Of a stretch of DNA of 64,000 bases, positions 12,288 through 25,500 are shown piece after piece; the stretch's first letter is position 1; every line of letters begins with the position of its first letter. The stretch is from NCBI GenBank assembly GCA_034780895.1, contig JAUZTB010000062.1, forward strand, positions 5,908,985 through 5,972,984, read 5' to 3'. The translations under genes were made by a program, and so were the position numbers. Source of the DNA: Rhynchobatus australiae (taxonomy: Eukaryota). The notes below the pieces were generated by a model. The model made no database searches, was not told the DNA's origin, and was given only the letters and a program-made list of their open reading frames with translations.

Positions 12288-12372
12288 CTTGTAGATGCAA
12301 GACTTTGCGTTCAGGAAGAAGAGTTCAATGGTGGCATTGTCCTTCAGATAAGCGATGCTCTCAATGTAGAAC
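12288..12372 (-). CDS. FRMD4A: Isolated FERM-domain exon, FRMD4A-like
   Basis: On the minus strand: acceptor ctcgttactttcacag|, 85 nt encoding (R)FYIESIAYLKDNATIELFFLNAKSCIYK, donor |gtaggg. The peptide matches my recollection of vertebrate FRMD4A (RFYIESISYLKDNATIELFFLNAKSCIYK). No other FRMD4 exons were found in the window. Confidence 0.8.
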
Positions 12373-12664
12373 CTGTGAAAGTAACGAGGAGCTCGGTTAG
12401 AAGATAATTTCCCTTCCTTTATGAGGCCTTCCCTAATGACCCCGCCACTTTTCAAGGCCCCTCAGTCACCATGTCCAGCTGCTTTTGAAGACTGAAGTCA
12501 GACTCGTTAACCAAATGATTTACATCCAGTTTTTGATCTACGATACCTTGGCTCAACCAGGGATACTCGAGAACTGACAAAGCAAATGAACAGGTGCCAT
12601 ACTGCTGAGAATTGTGATTGGGGTGCTATTGGTTAAAAAGTAAATGATCAGGACTAAGTGCAGT

Positions 12665-13000
12665 GTCACAGAGGTGTCATAGAGTCAAACATGGAAACAG
12701 GCCCTTCGGCCCAACTCATCCATGCTGACCAAGATGCCCATCTATGCCAATCCCATTTGCTCTACAATGGCAACTGCTCTGCCCAGGACCACAGGAAACA
12801 GCAGAGAGTTGTGGACACAGCCCAGTGCTTCACAGAAACCAGCCTCCCCTCCATTGACCCTGTCTTTACCTCTGCTGCCTTGGTCAAGCAGCCAACATAA
12901 TCAAAGACCCCACCCACCCGGGACATTCTCTCTTCCCTCCTCTTCCATTGGGTAGAAGATACAGGAGCCTGAGGAGACGTACCACCGGACCTAAGGACAG
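12665..13000. mobile_element. CR1 tail (-) fused to a Rex1 ORF fragment (+)
   Basis: ggaaacaggcccttcggcccaact is an inverted CR1 tail, followed by YNGNCSAQDHRKQQRVVDTAQCFT of Rex1. Confidence 0.7.
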
Positions 13001-13339
13001 CTGCATGTGGCAACGAATTCCATAGATCCACACACAATTAGAAATAAAAACCAAAGTCCACTGTAATGCAAAGTGACCAGTGATCAGGGGTTGTGCCGGA
13101 TGGTTCAAGAACAATCTCCGGTCCCCGGTCCCTGTCAGTGGCTGAACCTGCCCTAATTCTGACCCTGTCCCCCAGCCCAACCCAACCCGTCCTCGACTGC
13201 CGCCAGGCCCGACCAGGAGCTGAGTCCGGGTCCGGGCCTCCGACCACGGCAGCGCTCCGCCGCCCTCGCAGCAGCCGAGCGGAAGTCCCGCCCCACCGGA
13301 AGCGGCGGCTCCTCCCCCCTCCCCACCCGGGCAGCGTCG

Positions 13340-13434
13340 GGCGGAGCTGCTCATTCGGCTGTCGGTGCAGCGCTGGTGCAGAGCGGGTTTCCTTTCAATC
13401 CCTTGGCTTTTAGAGGCTTTTCTAATTGAGCACG
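13340..13434 (+). other. ARHGDIA: Probable non-coding exon 1 (5' UTR) of ARHGDIA-like gene; start approximate
   Basis: Follows the ETS/GC-box cluster and ends at the donor CACG|GTAAAC (GT at 13435-13436). The first coding exon has a splice acceptor 16 nt before its ATG, so an upstream UTR exon must exist. Confidence 0.5.
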
Positions 13435-13630
13435 GTAAACAGAGCAGGGCGGCGGCGGGGCGAGTGGGCTTTGCTCCGGTGACACTTTGTGTGGGAGGGG
13501 TGAGGGCGCATCAACCCCGCGGCGCGTCGGTGGGGGTGAGGCGGCCGTTAGTGGCGAGTGGGGGAGGGGGGAAGAGCGCGCGGGGCCCCTTCGGCTCCCC
13601 GAACCCGGGAGCCCGAGGGGGCACCTTCCG

Positions 13631-13722
13631 CTCTCCGATCCTGGGGCTCCGTCGACGTCCCGAGTCCCTTCGGCTCTCCGATCCTGGGGCTCCGTCGACA
13701 TCCCGAGTCCCTTCGGCTCTCC
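13631..13722 (+). repeat. 43-bp tandem duplication (2 copies plus a partial third) in the CpG island
   Basis: CTCTCCGATCCTGGGGCTCCGTCGAC(G/A)TCCCGAGTCCCTTCGG at 13631 and 13674. Confidence 0.9.
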
Positions 13723-15544
13723 TGAGCCCGGAAGGCGCGGAGCTCCTTCAAATTCTGTCCCTGAGCAAAAGTACGGAAGCTAGAACACAACCCTCTCCAG
13801 TGCGAGTAAATGCTCGGGCGGGGGTGAGGAAATATATAGAGCCCGGAAGATCTGCAAGGTGTGCCTGCAAGGTATCTTTTTAACTGATTTGATTTAATCA
13901 GGATTATGGCAATTCACTTCCTAGTTTGCAGTTTTGGAGAAAGAACAAACTATAATGTGTAATTACCGTGCTAAGGTGAAGATCAGTTAATGACTAGGAT
14001 CTGCAGCAATCCTTGGGGTATGCTGCCTGGGTTCTATGATTAAACACTGATTCAGTTAGCAATTTTAAATTAAGTGGCAAGCGTGCAATTAATTAATTGG
14101 ATTTTGTTTTTTTTTGCTTTTTGACCTACACGTGAAAGAAACATTATATGTATGGCCCCATTTCCTGTCCCTGTCTCTGGTCCTTTCTTCGGGTAGGGCG
14201 GTGTCTTGGCGCCCGTTCCTCAGCGACGCAGCTTTTACGGCTACTAGGAAATGCGATTTTCACTCTTAATGGCGGCGATTTGTCATTTATATATTCTAAA
14301 AATCACACCGCTGGTCTTTGCTCGGAAGTTTCCTTTGCATAAGCTTCATCGATTATTATCACGAGGACAAAAAAAAGTACTGTGCACTACAGAAGGATTC
14401 ACAAGCTTAGCCCCACTTAACAAATTACATTGAGCATCGGGCTGGTATTGTACAATATTTCCTTTCGGCTGCTAAAGAAAGCAGGTAAAATTGAAGATTG
14501 CGGCATATTAAGTGGCCGGCCATGTTGGTCATGCATGTTTTTTTTGAAATTATTCACATAAAGGTTAAATTCAAATTTTAAGAAATACTTTTTTATTTTC
14601 ACGTCTATCCCTGTGAAAACGCTGCTGTATAATAGGGGATTCTTGCAAGCAATCTTTTTTCCCGTCATAATGCCTTGTCCCAGTATTTAATTTTTTAGTG
14701 GTGACAAAAGAAGCCTCAGGGCACACTAATTTGGATGTTATGGTAATTTGAACATGAGGCCATGTAGCCCATTGTCTGCTTTGTTGGCTTTTTCGATATA
14801 ATACTAAATAATTTCCTCTGACCTTCCCTGATGAACTGCTGCAGTCTGTCAAATGTATATCAATGTTTCCCTGAAAAGTATGTTGTGCTCAAACAACTAT
14901 TACTGTTTGTCTTAAAGCATTTTTTTTACATAACTGTCATATTGACTTTTTGGAAGTAATTTAATATGCATGCATTGTCTGGCTGCATGTTGACTTGAAG
15001 CAGGGGAGATGAAGGGGAAGTGAGAAACAGGAAGTAAGAGCTGTGTCAAATTGTATGCTTTTTAGCTTGCAGTTAATGGTAATAACAGCTTTGGAAAGCA
15101 ATGAACTTCATGAATATAGGTAAATACTAATATTTTGCCAAGTCCCTGCGCCATTTATTTTTAACTGCTAAGCGTGACCCATTTCTTTCCACTGCTTTAA
15201 CTTGTGTATCCTTAAGCAGGAAATGGTGCAAGTAATTTTTAGTGTTCTCATTATAGAATGTATAAAATACATTTGCTTAGGAAAGCATTTGGGGGAACAA
15301 TATTTTATGGGGTACTACGTTAAGAAATGAAGAATACACTTCAGACTGAGATAGCAAACCTGGTTAAAATAACTTTATTAATTTGAAAACCATCTAACAA
15401 ATAAAATCTGAACATCTTTTTGATTTTTGCCTTTTATTTACTTTCTGGAAATGTACTAGCTTTACTGTGTCATTGCATTCCATCAAATATTTCCCTTACT
15501 AAATTAGGGCTATGTTTAGGGACCAACACGGTGATTTAAAACAA

Positions 15545-15880
15545 GTGGCACATCTAGTAGAGGTGATGCCTTGCTGCTCTAGTGACTCTGGTTCAATCTC
15601 AACCTCTGGTGCTATCTGTGGAGTTTGTACATTCTTCCTGTGACTGTGTGGGTTACTTCTGGGTGCTTCAGTTTCTTCATACATGCCAAAGGTGTGCTGG
15701 TTGGTAGGTTAATTGGCTATGTTAAAATGTCCCTGTTGTGTGGGTGAGTGCTGGAATCTGGGAGAAGTTGATGGGAATACGGAGAGAATTAAATGAGATT
15801 GGTGTAAATGAGTTCTTGGTAGGAGGGGGTTGAGAACTCAGTGAACCAAAGGCCTGTATCTGTTCTTTATAACTCTGACT
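15545..15880 (+). mobile_element. HE1-type V-SINE
   Basis: Same head, V-domain and tail as 6598-7093. Confidence 0.8.
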
Positions 15881-16809
15881 AAAGTTTAGAAGATGTGGCA
15901 TATAATTAATCCTTCAAGCAGTCTGTTTTATCAAAATGTTAACTGGCATGGTTTGTCATAGTCTCCTTTTTGAAAGAAAAGGGGAAGTGGATTGTACTTA
16001 TTACATTTAATGATAAAGAGCAGTTCAGTTCATAATGCTTCCCTTTAATTTATTTGTGATCTGCAGTGTTACCAATTATTTCCTTTCCTAATGGACGATA
16101 TGCACAAAACCAGCTTCCAGCTTTGAGTTACCTGCATAGTTTTTTTGGTCTCAAAGGTGATCAGTATCTGCACCACTTTCTACTCTGCTATATAATTGAA
16201 GTTGGAAAGTGTTTTTGGAAGGTGTGCTATGAATAAAGCTAAATCTAGTTTGTAATGAATTCCTCATCAACTTACATGTACATATACACACTAAATTTTA
16301 CCCATTGCAAACCCAAGTTCTCTTGTATATAGTAATTAAGCCATATTCATGCAATATACATAATCTTGTAATTTTTCATCCTTGTTGATGTCTATAAAAA
16401 GTAGTAATGCAGGTACTTCCAAATAGACCTTCATCTATTGTTCTAGTAGCCTTTGCTTCGTTAGTCCTNNNNNNNNNNNNNNNNNNNNNNNNNNNNNNNN
16501 NNNNNNNNNNNNNNNNNNNNNNNNNNNNNNNNNNNNNNNNNNNNNNNNNNNNNNNNNNNNNNNNNNNNNNNNNNNNNNNNNNNNNNNNNNGGTCTCAAAT
16601 ATGACAAATTGGGAACCAGTTTCAGCTGGTATGTGCTCAGAGCACAGTGCAGGAAGTGAGATGACAAGATGATACGGACTGTGGTATTCTGTTTTTACAT
16701 GGTGCTCTGGCAGTTACTTTACATTGTGTTTTTACAGTGCTAATTATTCATTAGCTTAAAGTGCTTTCAAGAGAAGAATGGTAGACAAATATTGTTTCAA
16801 CTGGAGCAA

Positions 16810-17690
16810 AACTAAAACTACAGATGTTGGTAAATCTGCAAAACAATGCTGAAATCATTCTGTAGGTCAAGCAAAAAGAAGGGGGGGGAACTGGGGTGTT
16901 GCAGTTCTAGGACCCTTCAAGACTGGAAAAGTAAGAAAACAAGCATGTGAAGTTGCAGGGAGGGGAAGGAATATCTGCATTGTGCAGATTAAAATTATCA
17001 AGGTAATATCTGTACTAAAGACAGTTGAAGAACAGAAAATAAATTGAAACAGGAAGTATAGCCACATCTTGGGGTGGGGGGAGTGGCAGAAAGGAGTGGT
17101 TACCTGAAGTTAATAGTGACAGGCAACCAAAAGCTTGATCTCTCCTGGACGATTGAGGGTGTTCTTCAAAGCAGTCGCCCTTCTCGCATTTGGGTTCCCC
17201 AATATAGGGGAGACCACATCATGAACAAAGAAAACACAGTACTCTAAATTAGCAGAAGTGCAAATGAATTGTTGCCTCTTGTAGCATGACTGTGCTATTT
17301 GAGTTTCTGCATGGTGGGAAGGGAAGAGGTGAAAGGGCAGGTGTTGTATTCCTGTGGATGCCTGGGGAAATGAGCAGGGGAGTGATTGATCAAGCTGAAA
17401 GAGTGACCAGGAAGATGTGGATGGAACAGTTCCCTTGAAATGCTGAGAGGAAAGGAAGATGTCTGGTGATGCAATTCCATTGGCGGTCACAGGGATTATG
17501 GAGGATGATTCTTTGAATGTGGAAGGTGAGGACAAAGATGTTCTGGCGTGAAGATGGTGAAAGCAGTTTGCTGTAGTGGTGGAGATGTGGTCAAAAGCCT
17601 TGTCATGGGGGGGGGGGGTGTCATGGTTAAGGGAAAAAGAAGGCATCTTAAAGGCACTAGTCTAGCAAGTTTTGTGAGCAGAGCAGATAT
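16810..17690 (-). mobile_element. Penelope-like element fragment (GIY-YIG region)
   Basis: Minus strand encodes HAETQ...KRQQFICTSANLEYC..., LVACH remnants and a PLE-type terminal motif near 16810-16920. Confidence 0.6.
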
Positions 17691-20179
17691 TTAAATGTTA
17701 ATATTTATAGCCATTGGTTCAATCCCAGAAACTGATGACAAGCCCCTGCTCATGTAAATGAATAAATAATTTAATTTATGAAAGGCCTAATTCAAAAAAA
17801 GTACCCAAATATCCATGGTTGCTGATGGCAGCATTGGTGTCTGTGTCTTTTGCTGTCATGCTCCACAACCTGCTGCAAAAACTGTCCTTTGACCAAACCT
17901 AGATCCTTGCAGCTCCCTTTGAGGTTCTGCAATGGCATGCAGTTCTTGGCAGTGTTTTGCTGAATTGAAGGTGCTATATAATCGCAAGTTGTTGTTGAAA
18001 GGATGCTGCTTTACCTCTGGCAAGTAAATCTTAGAAATGACCTGTATAGTTCATCCACCGCAATTATTGGTGCTCAGCACTCATTAGGTGACAATCTTCT
18101 GTAAAGCTGTCAGGTTTTTTTATACCACAGTTTCAGTGGTAATGTTTTGGAAATAATGTCTTGTACAGGTATCGTTTAACATCCAATGCTGCCAATTGTT
18201 GGTATTTTCTGACGAACCCTTGGAATGGAATATACAAAGGCCATATTTGAATTGGAGCCAGGTGTAATGATATCAGTGTTTAAATTGTGTGATGTTGAAA
18301 GNNNNNNNNNNNNNNNNNNNNNNNNNNNNNNNNNNNNNNNNNNNNNNNNNNNNNNNNNNNNNNNNNNNNNNNNNNNNNNNNNNNNNNNNNNNNNNNNNNN
18401 NAAGTTGATGACTACAGAGTTGGAATGTTTATTATAGCAGCTCTAACCTGAGACGGTTACTGTAAGATGCCTCAGTCAAAATGTTTTGAAAATGAAGATT
18501 GATGGACACTAATTCCGTAATTAAAATGAGGCCCATCAAGTAAGCATTATAATGCAAGGAGCATTTGGTCTAATGGAACAAGGCTGATTTTTTTTGTTTA
18601 ATATGGTGGAAGCTCCTTGCCTACATTTATAAGCTATTTTCATAAATCTGTAATTATCTGCTTGGTATGCAGTGTTTCTCATGTGCTTGCTTGGATCCAT
18701 CTGTCACCTCACACTTGCGTCAGCTTTTTAAAACTTCAAAAGTATGGACACTTGTGTAGCATTTTCTACTGACAGTCTCATTATTCAGTTTAGTCTTTTG
18801 GTAACAGTTGTTGAGAATGGAGTGGTGGATATTTTATAGTCTTAAATGGAAAATCTTGCCAGGGAAAGAACGTTTTGTAACTACGTCAACGATCCAGGGT
18901 GTTCCTGTTCTCTATACTGTAACCAACTGTGAGCTACTGAATAAAATTAAGACTGGGTCTTGTATTACTGAGTATCCATTGTCATAGTCCGATGAATACA
19001 GTAATACAAATCTTTGCACGGTAGTGAATAACAATAATCAAGAATTGCACTGTTTGATTTTTAAGGACATTGTAATTCTACATTTAAACAATTTTTTGTA
19101 ATTTGTGGAATGCTGAATTGCATTAGAAGTGCTTAAATTGGCTTTGTTGTAGTTGCTAGCCATAATTGTCTAATTCAAAGATGCAGTAGTCAACAGAAGC
19201 ACTATTCATGTTCAGCAGTTGAAACTCTTTTGGATTGAAGCCATTTGCATCACATCAACTATTTTTTTCCCCCATTTTACATTTTTTTTAACTTAAAACC
19301 TCTGCAGTTCTAAATTATTTTCCCATGTAGTCCACGATCACCATTTAATTTCAACCATTGTACATTTTTTGTACTGTTTTGTCTTTTTTTTACCACTTCA
19401 GAGTTACAGAGCAATCAAGACAAATGGGAAGGAATAGTTGAAAACTGGAGGTGGGTGCCAGTTCAGTAATTGTCACTTGGTGCCACTTATTCACAGTCTG
19501 GAGAAATGAAATGTCAATGGAAAAAGATGGAGAAACAGCTTGAATCTGAGAGGCAATAGGCTGGAACAAAGGATTCTATGACAAACTGGGTTTTGTTTGA
19601 ATATCTGGACACATGGTGTGCTCATTTTACTGGAATGCTTAAGTTTTGTATCTGCAAATCATTCTAATTAAATGGAATATAGTTTGTTTCCTGAAAATGT
19701 CTGAGCTTTGTATTGTGAGATTTTAGGTTGTGCCTTGTTTTGACAATCTTCAAAAGAACATGTTTCAGCTTATTCTGTTGTTTCTTCTTTCTCCTACACC
19801 TTCTAGGGTAAGAGCTGTTCAAAGTGTTGACCCAGACTGAGAGTAAGTAGTTGTATCTACAGGAAATAAAAAGGTTTTATGTAGCACCTTTTAACATAGT
19901 AAAACATGTCTATGTAGTTTGAGTGTNNNNNNNNNNNNNNNNNNNNNNNNNNNNNNNNNNNNNNNNNNNNNNNNNNNNNNNNNNNNNNNNNNNNNNNNNN
20001 NNNNNNNNNNNNNNNNNNNNNNNNNNNNNNNNNNNNNNNNNNNNNNNNNNNNNNNNNNNNNNNNNNNNNNNNNNNNAAGGCATATTCACCAATGAAAAGA
20101 TGGCTAAATTTGGAGGCTGTAATGACCAGCATTGAAGATGCCCAATCTTTAGGTGGTTCAAATTTGGAGGAGATCAGGG

Positions 20180-21240
20180 AAACATTAAAATGTAGCAGGA
20201 GTAAGCTATTCAGCCCTTTGGGCCTGCTCCACCATTCAACATGATCATGACTGATCATTCACTTCAGTACCTGCTCCCATCTTCTCCCCATAACCCTCTA
20301 CACTTTGGCATTAAGGAATATACATAACTCCTTGGATTTATTTAATGACTTGGCACCCACTGCTCTCTGAAGTAGCGAACTCTACTATCTTCTGGCTGAA
20401 GAAACAACTTCTGCTTTGGTTCGAGACTGCATTCCCATTGTCCTGAGGCTTTGATCCCTGGTTCTGGCTTCTCCATCATTGGGAAGATCCTCCATGTATC
20501 TAGTCTATCCAGTTTGGTTAGTGTTTTAGTTTTCTGAGATCCCTTCTCGCTCTTCTATACTCCGAGTGAATGTGGCCAATCTCTCATTTTTCGATCTTGC
20601 CATTCCAGGAATCAGTCCCAGGAATTCCTTCATTGTAATCTCTTCACAGCATCCTTTTTCAGACAAGGAGACACAACCGCAGATGGGGCTTCACAAGAAA
20701 TCCTTCTGCAATGAAGCCCAATGTACCACTTGCCTNNNNNNNNNNNNNNNNNNNNNNNNNNNNNNNNNNNNNNNGGCTCACTTTCAGCGACTGATGTTTA
20801 AGGATATGCGGGTTTTGTTGCACTTCCCATTTCCTAATCTAAAACATTCAGACAATAATCTGTCCTCCTGTTTTTAGAACCAAACCAATCTCTCATTTAT
20901 CCACATTAAACAGAATCTGCCATGCATTTGGCCACTCACCAAATTTGTCTAAATCACATTGGAGCTTTTCTGTCTCGCGGATCTCTCTTTTCCCCACTCC
21001 CCCCGCACCTCCCAGCTTTGTCTGGTCTTTTATAGTTCCCTCATCCAAATCATATTGCAAATAGCTATAGCCCAAGCAATGATCCTTGTGATGCCCATTA
21101 GCTGCCTGCTACCCAGAAAAAGACTTGTTTATTCCTAAATTCTTTCCTGTCTGTCAACAAATCTATACTAGTACATTACATTACCCCAAATTCCATGTGC
21201 TCTAATTTTACACACTTATGTTTCACCTTATCAAAAGGAG
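20180..21240 (-). mobile_element. CR1 LINE fragment, diverged
   Basis: ORF 20893-21075 TKLGG...EKLQCDLDKFGEWPNAWQILFNVDK; CR1 tail at ~20190-20250. Confidence 0.75.
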
Positions 21241-21899
21241 CAAGGGATGAAGCCACAATTAGACTGGAAAGTAGATTGTAAACATTATAAAATTGAGGTA
21301 TTGTTTAGCTGGAACTAGTGTAGAGTCAGCTGGCAGTTGTGTTTATGGGTGAAAGAATAGAACCCTGTGTGAATTAGAACAGCAGTTTTCAAACTTCAGG
21401 TGATCCATTTTAACCCATGTGACCCAATAAGAATAACTAGATAAATAATAGGTCTAATCAAACTATTGATATAAGCAAGAACCAATCTTCAAACTATGAT
21501 TGAATGTATTATAAGTGGTGATTGGTTTTAATGGCACATGGTGCAACTGTATAAAACCCAGCTTGTCAACTGCAACTAAACCTAGATGACTGCATTAGAA
21601 TAGTGCCTTGTATGTTGCACAGCAGGCAGTCAATCTGTTTTTTCTGTGGGGTCAAGTCATGACTAAGATCATTTCTTTTAGAATCCTGTGAACCTCACTT
21701 GAAAGCCACTAAGCAGGTAGCAGAGTTCAGATGATACCAAGTTTGAGAGTATATTTAAAGGTACCGGTCAGGAATGTGATGGCATAATCATATCTAAAAG
21801 TAAGAAAGCCATTGTTGGTTTTATTGACAGATGAGTGAAGGTAAATGTGGGAATGAGTGTTATCAAGAGTGGAAGGGGCAATGTTAACTATTTTCATAG

Positions 21900-22275
21900 A
21901 GACACAGTGATACGGCAAGGAAAGAGGCCATTCAGCCACTGTGACTGTGCTGACCATCAAACACCTACTTATAGTAATCCTACATTAATCTCATCTCATT
22001 TTGTATTCTTCTTACATACCCATTAACACTCTCCTCTGCCTCCCCCCACACCTCAAGTTCTATCACTCACTACACATTAGGGGCAATTTACAGTAGCCAA
22101 TTACCCTAATGATCTGCACATCTTTGGGATGTGGGGGGAAACTGGAGCATTCCAAAGGAAACCCACTCAGTTGAGGGAGGACATGCAAACGCCATGCAAC
22201 TGGCACCTGAAGTGAGGATAGAGCTTGGGTGTTTGGTCATGTGAGGCAGGAACTGTTACTAGCTGCTTGACGATG
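21900..22275 (-). mobile_element. HE1-type V-SINE, diverged
   Basis: Reverse-complement V-domain: gggcaatttacagtagccaatta...ctttgggatgtggggggaaactggagca. Confidence 0.7.
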
Positions 22276-23899
22276 CTGCGCGCTGAAAAATATCACACTT
22301 CCGAGGTATATGCTTGCTGATTGTGATCTATTGATCTGATCCTGAAAGCTTTGCATTGTTAATTTCCTGTGGTTAGGTGTTAAGCAAATGTGACTTGAAT
22401 TCTGCTCGAAGTATAATCTGTAATATTAATAATTCTCGGGCATTCAATCTCGCTGTGAGCTGTTCTAATATGGTTATTTTATATTTTCATTTCAGTTCCT
22501 AACCCATAGTGTTTACTCTCCAATTAATAACCCCGTCGTAATTCAGGGGAAGTATTATGCAGAGACAGATTTTTCCCTTTGACAGTTAATGAGAATCCAC
22601 TGACTGCAGTCTTGCTGGTTCCAGCACCTTTTATAGCAATGAGAGCATGAATTGGCAAAAGCTTCTGATTTTGTTTCGAGAACTGCAAGTTGTGGAGCAA
22701 ACTTCAGAAGGAGGAGAAAGTAGATTAAGTTATTTCTAGAGGTCAAAAAGTAAGAATTATTTTGACTGAAGCTATTAATAAAAGTAGAACTTCATGCTGT
22801 TTTTGAATTTCAAACCACAAAATTGATCTGCTGAATGCGAGCGCGCTAGCTTTTGCATATATTTAAATAGGAGCTTCTTGATGGACAAATGTCCTAGAAT
22901 TTCAAGAGATGTGTAATTGTTTTAGAAATTGTCTTTAAGCACAAGTCTGTTATTGGTCAATTTCATTTAAGTTTTTAAATATTTTTTAATGATTTGTACT
23001 GGTATCCATCGTGGAAGAATGTGAAGAGTCAACAGTTAAATGTATGACCAAGATGAATTGGTTGTCTCTGTGCTCATTTACTCATCACTCTGGGGATTAT
23101 CCAATCCAGTTATAAAAGTTTTATTTTAATTATATCAGAAGTATGTCATTGACACTGTTCTCAAGATATTCTTTATGTAATTGGCTGTCAGTTTTATTTA
23201 AGAATTAGAGCAGTTGCCTCCAGCTGGTGCTGATTTTCTTTNNNNNNNNNNNNNNNNNNNNNNNNNNNNNNNNNNNNNNNNNNNNNNNNNNNNNNNNNNN
23301 NNNNNNNNNNNNNNNNNNNNNNNNNNNNNNNNNNNNNNNNNTCTTTGAGATTTATTATACACATTTTTCAATCTTGCTTTTCTGGCCAAAATCTTTTTTA
23401 TCTGATTTTGGACTGCAAGCAGCAATGTACTTATTTTTGTTGAATACAATAGGCAAATATAGTAGCCTCATTTCCCTGGATCATTATCTATCCTATTGGC
23501 TGTCTGCTTTTCAAACAATACCTCATCTTGAAACTTGTAATATCTTCTGTTTATTTTTTTTGTATTTAATGCTATTTTGTAATTGCCAACATTTATAGCA
23601 CTTGCAAAATGTCAGAATTTAGGCTGTAAGGTGGCTTGAGATATTTTGGGTGTTAAAGGTGTCCTAAGTGCAAATCTTCCTATAGGTACCATATTTTTGA
23701 CAGCTAGAAAATTTTAACCAGTTTTTCCAAACTAAATGTAAAAAATGTGCATATTAAATCACTTGGTTTACTGAGTATAAGTGTGTTGAGAACTTCCTTT
23801 CATGTGGTGGGTGGATAATAATTATCAGTTATCGTGGTCAATTATACGAGTTCCTTTATGTGAAGTGTCATTTGCAAATCCCATTGGATCTTGGATTGC

Positions 23900-25500
23900 T
23901 GTGAAATGTGCAAAATTCTTAAAGGTCTTGACAGGGTAAATGTATTATTGTTTCCATTGGGTGTCTGGATGCAGGGGTTGCAGTCTCAAAATAAGGGCCA
24001 GTCATTCCGTACAGATCGGAAGAAATTTCCACACACAAGGTGGTGAATCTTTGGAATTATCTCCTTGAGGGTGTGGAGCTCAGTCACTTAGTATATTTCA
24101 AGACATTGGTAATTTTTTTAGATACTGAGTGAATTGTGAGATATGAGGTTGGTGTAGAAAATGGATGCTAAGATAAAACATCTGCTGCAGTCTTAGTGAG
24201 CAGCAGACTAGATGAGCTTACTAGCATATTTCTTCTGTTCTTAGAACAGCTGAAAAGTCAAATCATGTCCTCTGGTCCTCAGTGTTGTGAAATTGTCACC
24301 TTAACCCAACTTTTTTATGAGCCTTGTATTTTTAGTTGTGAGAATTGAATCATTGAGGTGTGGTAACATCTCCTTGTGATGAGTGATTAAGAAGAAATGG
24401 AGCTTTCAAGTTATTAACTGAATGTATTATTATAACTAAGTTGCTTTTGGAACATAGAGGCCCATGATGTCTGTGCTGAGCATGATGCTAGTTTAAACTA
24501 ATCCTGTCTGCCTACATGTGATCTACATCCCTCCAGGCCCTACCCATTCATGTGCCTGTGTAAATGCCTCTTAAATGTTGCGATCATATCTACTTCCACC
24601 ACCACACTTTTAACACTTTCCAGGCACCTACTGCTCTGTGTAGTTTAAAAAAAAGTTTCTTGTAATTCGCTTTTAACTTTAAAGTAAAAAGGAGGAAAGT
24701 TTATGCCCTCTAGTATTTGACATTTCCATTCTGAAAGGAAAAACTGTTTACCCTATCTATGCCTCTCAATTTTATATACTTCTATCAGGTCACCACCCCC
24801 CACCCCCCCCCGCCTCCAATGATACTAGAAAGCCAAGTTTGTTCAATTTCTCCTTGTAGCTAATACTCTCTGATCCAAACAACATTCTGATGAACCTCTT
24901 CTGCGCACTCTCCAAAGTAATGTGGGGACACGGTACTCCAAATGTGGCCTAATTAAAGATTTGTACAGATGCAACATGACTTGCTGGTTTTTATGCTCAG
25001 TGCCATTGTTATCACTATTGCCCTTCCTAAACAAAAGAACAACATTGGTCCCTAGTCTTCTGAGACCTTGCCTGTGGCTGAAAAGAATACAAAGATCTCT
25101 GTTAAAGCCCCAACAATCTCCTCTTGCCTCTCAATAATCTGGGATCAATCCCATCAGGCCCTGGGGACTTCATCCATTTTAATGGTCTTCAAGAGACTCA
25201 CTACTACCACCCTGATTAATGTGCCCTAGAATATCAGCATATCTCTCCTTGATCTCACCATCTTCCATGTTTTTCTCCTTGGTGAGTACTGATGCAAAGT
25301 ACTTGTTTAGTACCTTGCCCACTACTTCTGCCTCCGGTCATAAATTCCTTTGTCCTTGAGTGGTCTTATCCTCTCCCTAGTTACTCTCTTGTTTTTAATG
25401 TACGTATAAGATGTACGTATAATGTACGTATTGGGATTTTTCCTGATCCTCCCCCTCATCAAGGGCATCCCGTGGCCCCTTTTAGCTCTCTTGATGCTTT
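23900..25500. mobile_element. Cluster of CR1 fragments (23900-24240 +, 24450-25500 -)
   Basis: VMLHLYKSLIRPHLEY motif in ORF 24843-25034, and gtggtgaatctttggaat on the + strand. Confidence 0.7.

Larger units (their letters stand above)
13090..13860 (+). promoter_or_regulatory. CpG island / TATA-less promoter, most likely of the ARHGDIA-like gene
   Basis: The only strongly GC- and CpG-rich block in an AT-rich, CpG-depleted window. Tandem ETS-type motifs GCGGAAGT (13279-13286) and CCGGAAGC (13296-13303) flank a GC box CCCGCCCC (13287-13294), with a further GGGCGG near 13339. Confidence 0.8.

Noticed and set aside
12884-13883. Several 100-170 aa ORFs on both strands over the CpG island
   Set aside because: Low-complexity Pro/Gly/Arg/Ser frames are expected from high GC content and the 43-bp repeat; no recognisable domain.
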